From the NCBI GenBank assembly GCA_040755315.1, contig JBFMBF010000001.1:29109-93108 (forward strand): a stretch of DNA of 64,000 bases, written 5' to 3'. Position 1 is the stretch's first letter. The number at the start of each line of letters is the position of its first letter. Shown piece by piece: positions 63,893 to 64,000 of the stretch. The DNA is from Candidatus Hadarchaeota archaeon. Its GTDB lineage: Archaea > Hadarchaeota > Hadarchaeia > Hadarchaeales > Hadarchaeaceae. The notes beneath the pieces are model-generated. The model saw nothing but the letters and a program-made list of their open reading frames with translations, did no database searches and was not told where the DNA came from. Both the position numbers and the translations under genes were made by a program.

Positions 63893-64000
63893 TGAACCAT
63901 CCTCCATCTCCTTCTGAATTGCTAAAAGCAATGTTATTTAGCTTTCGCCTGCCTAGGAAGGAAGAGAGGTTAAAACGGAGAGTAGCGCGGGTGCCGAGAT

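Noticed and set aside
1-64000. CRISPR arrays, rRNA genes, integrase or prophage genes
   Set aside because: No regularly spaced direct-repeat arrays, rRNA-like segments or integrase or phage structural genes were seen on either strand. The only repeats found are the IS ends, the promoter palindromes, the 25-bp cassette-flanking repeats and the duplicated N-terminal gene segment.

Overview
Archaeal chromosomal segment, about 56% GC overall, dense with housekeeping and informational genes. These include the thermosome, RpoK, FEN-1, PIMT, the class V FBP aldolase/phosphatase, Dph2, exosome Csl4, RpoL, archaeal signal peptidase, TFS, PCNA, PAN, and GatCAB. Interleaved is a large cell-surface glycan and nucleotide-sugar biosynthesis region: three GT2 paralogs, a GT4, a flippase-like membrane protein, a UGM-like flavoenzyme, two nucleotide-sugar dehydrogenases, a GalU-like and a UXS-like enzyme, several epimerases/dehydratases, an FkbM methyltransferase, and a complete GmhA/HddA/GmhB/HddC heptose-nucleotide pathway with an adjacent transaldolase. 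This glycan machinery surrounds a 2551-aa secreted multidomain protein (50587..58242) whose first roughly 265 residues and leader also exist as a diverged upstream duplicate. Mobile and accessory signals stand out against this background. An IS6-like insertion sequence has imperfect terminal inverted repeats and an 8-bp target-site duplication. A tRNA-Thr is followed by a VapB/RelE-type toxin-antitoxin pair and an AT-rich glycosidase gene. Two AT-rich LAGLIDADG endonuclease genes are present; one sits just downstream of the TFS gene, whose 3' end has switched to foreign codon usage, with a decayed native TFS 3'-end remnant left beyond the endonuclease. An AT-rich nucleotidyltransferase cassette is bracketed by 25-bp direct repeats. 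A palindrome (TTGCGAACGTTCGCAA) occurs three times in a long divergent promoter region that also holds a small GC3-rich ORF. Two tRNAs (Thr-CGU and Arg-UCU, both with encoded CCA) were found by eye; no CRISPR array or rRNA was seen. Coordinates I derived by hand, such as alternative starts, repeats and small ORFs, may be off by 1-3 nt.
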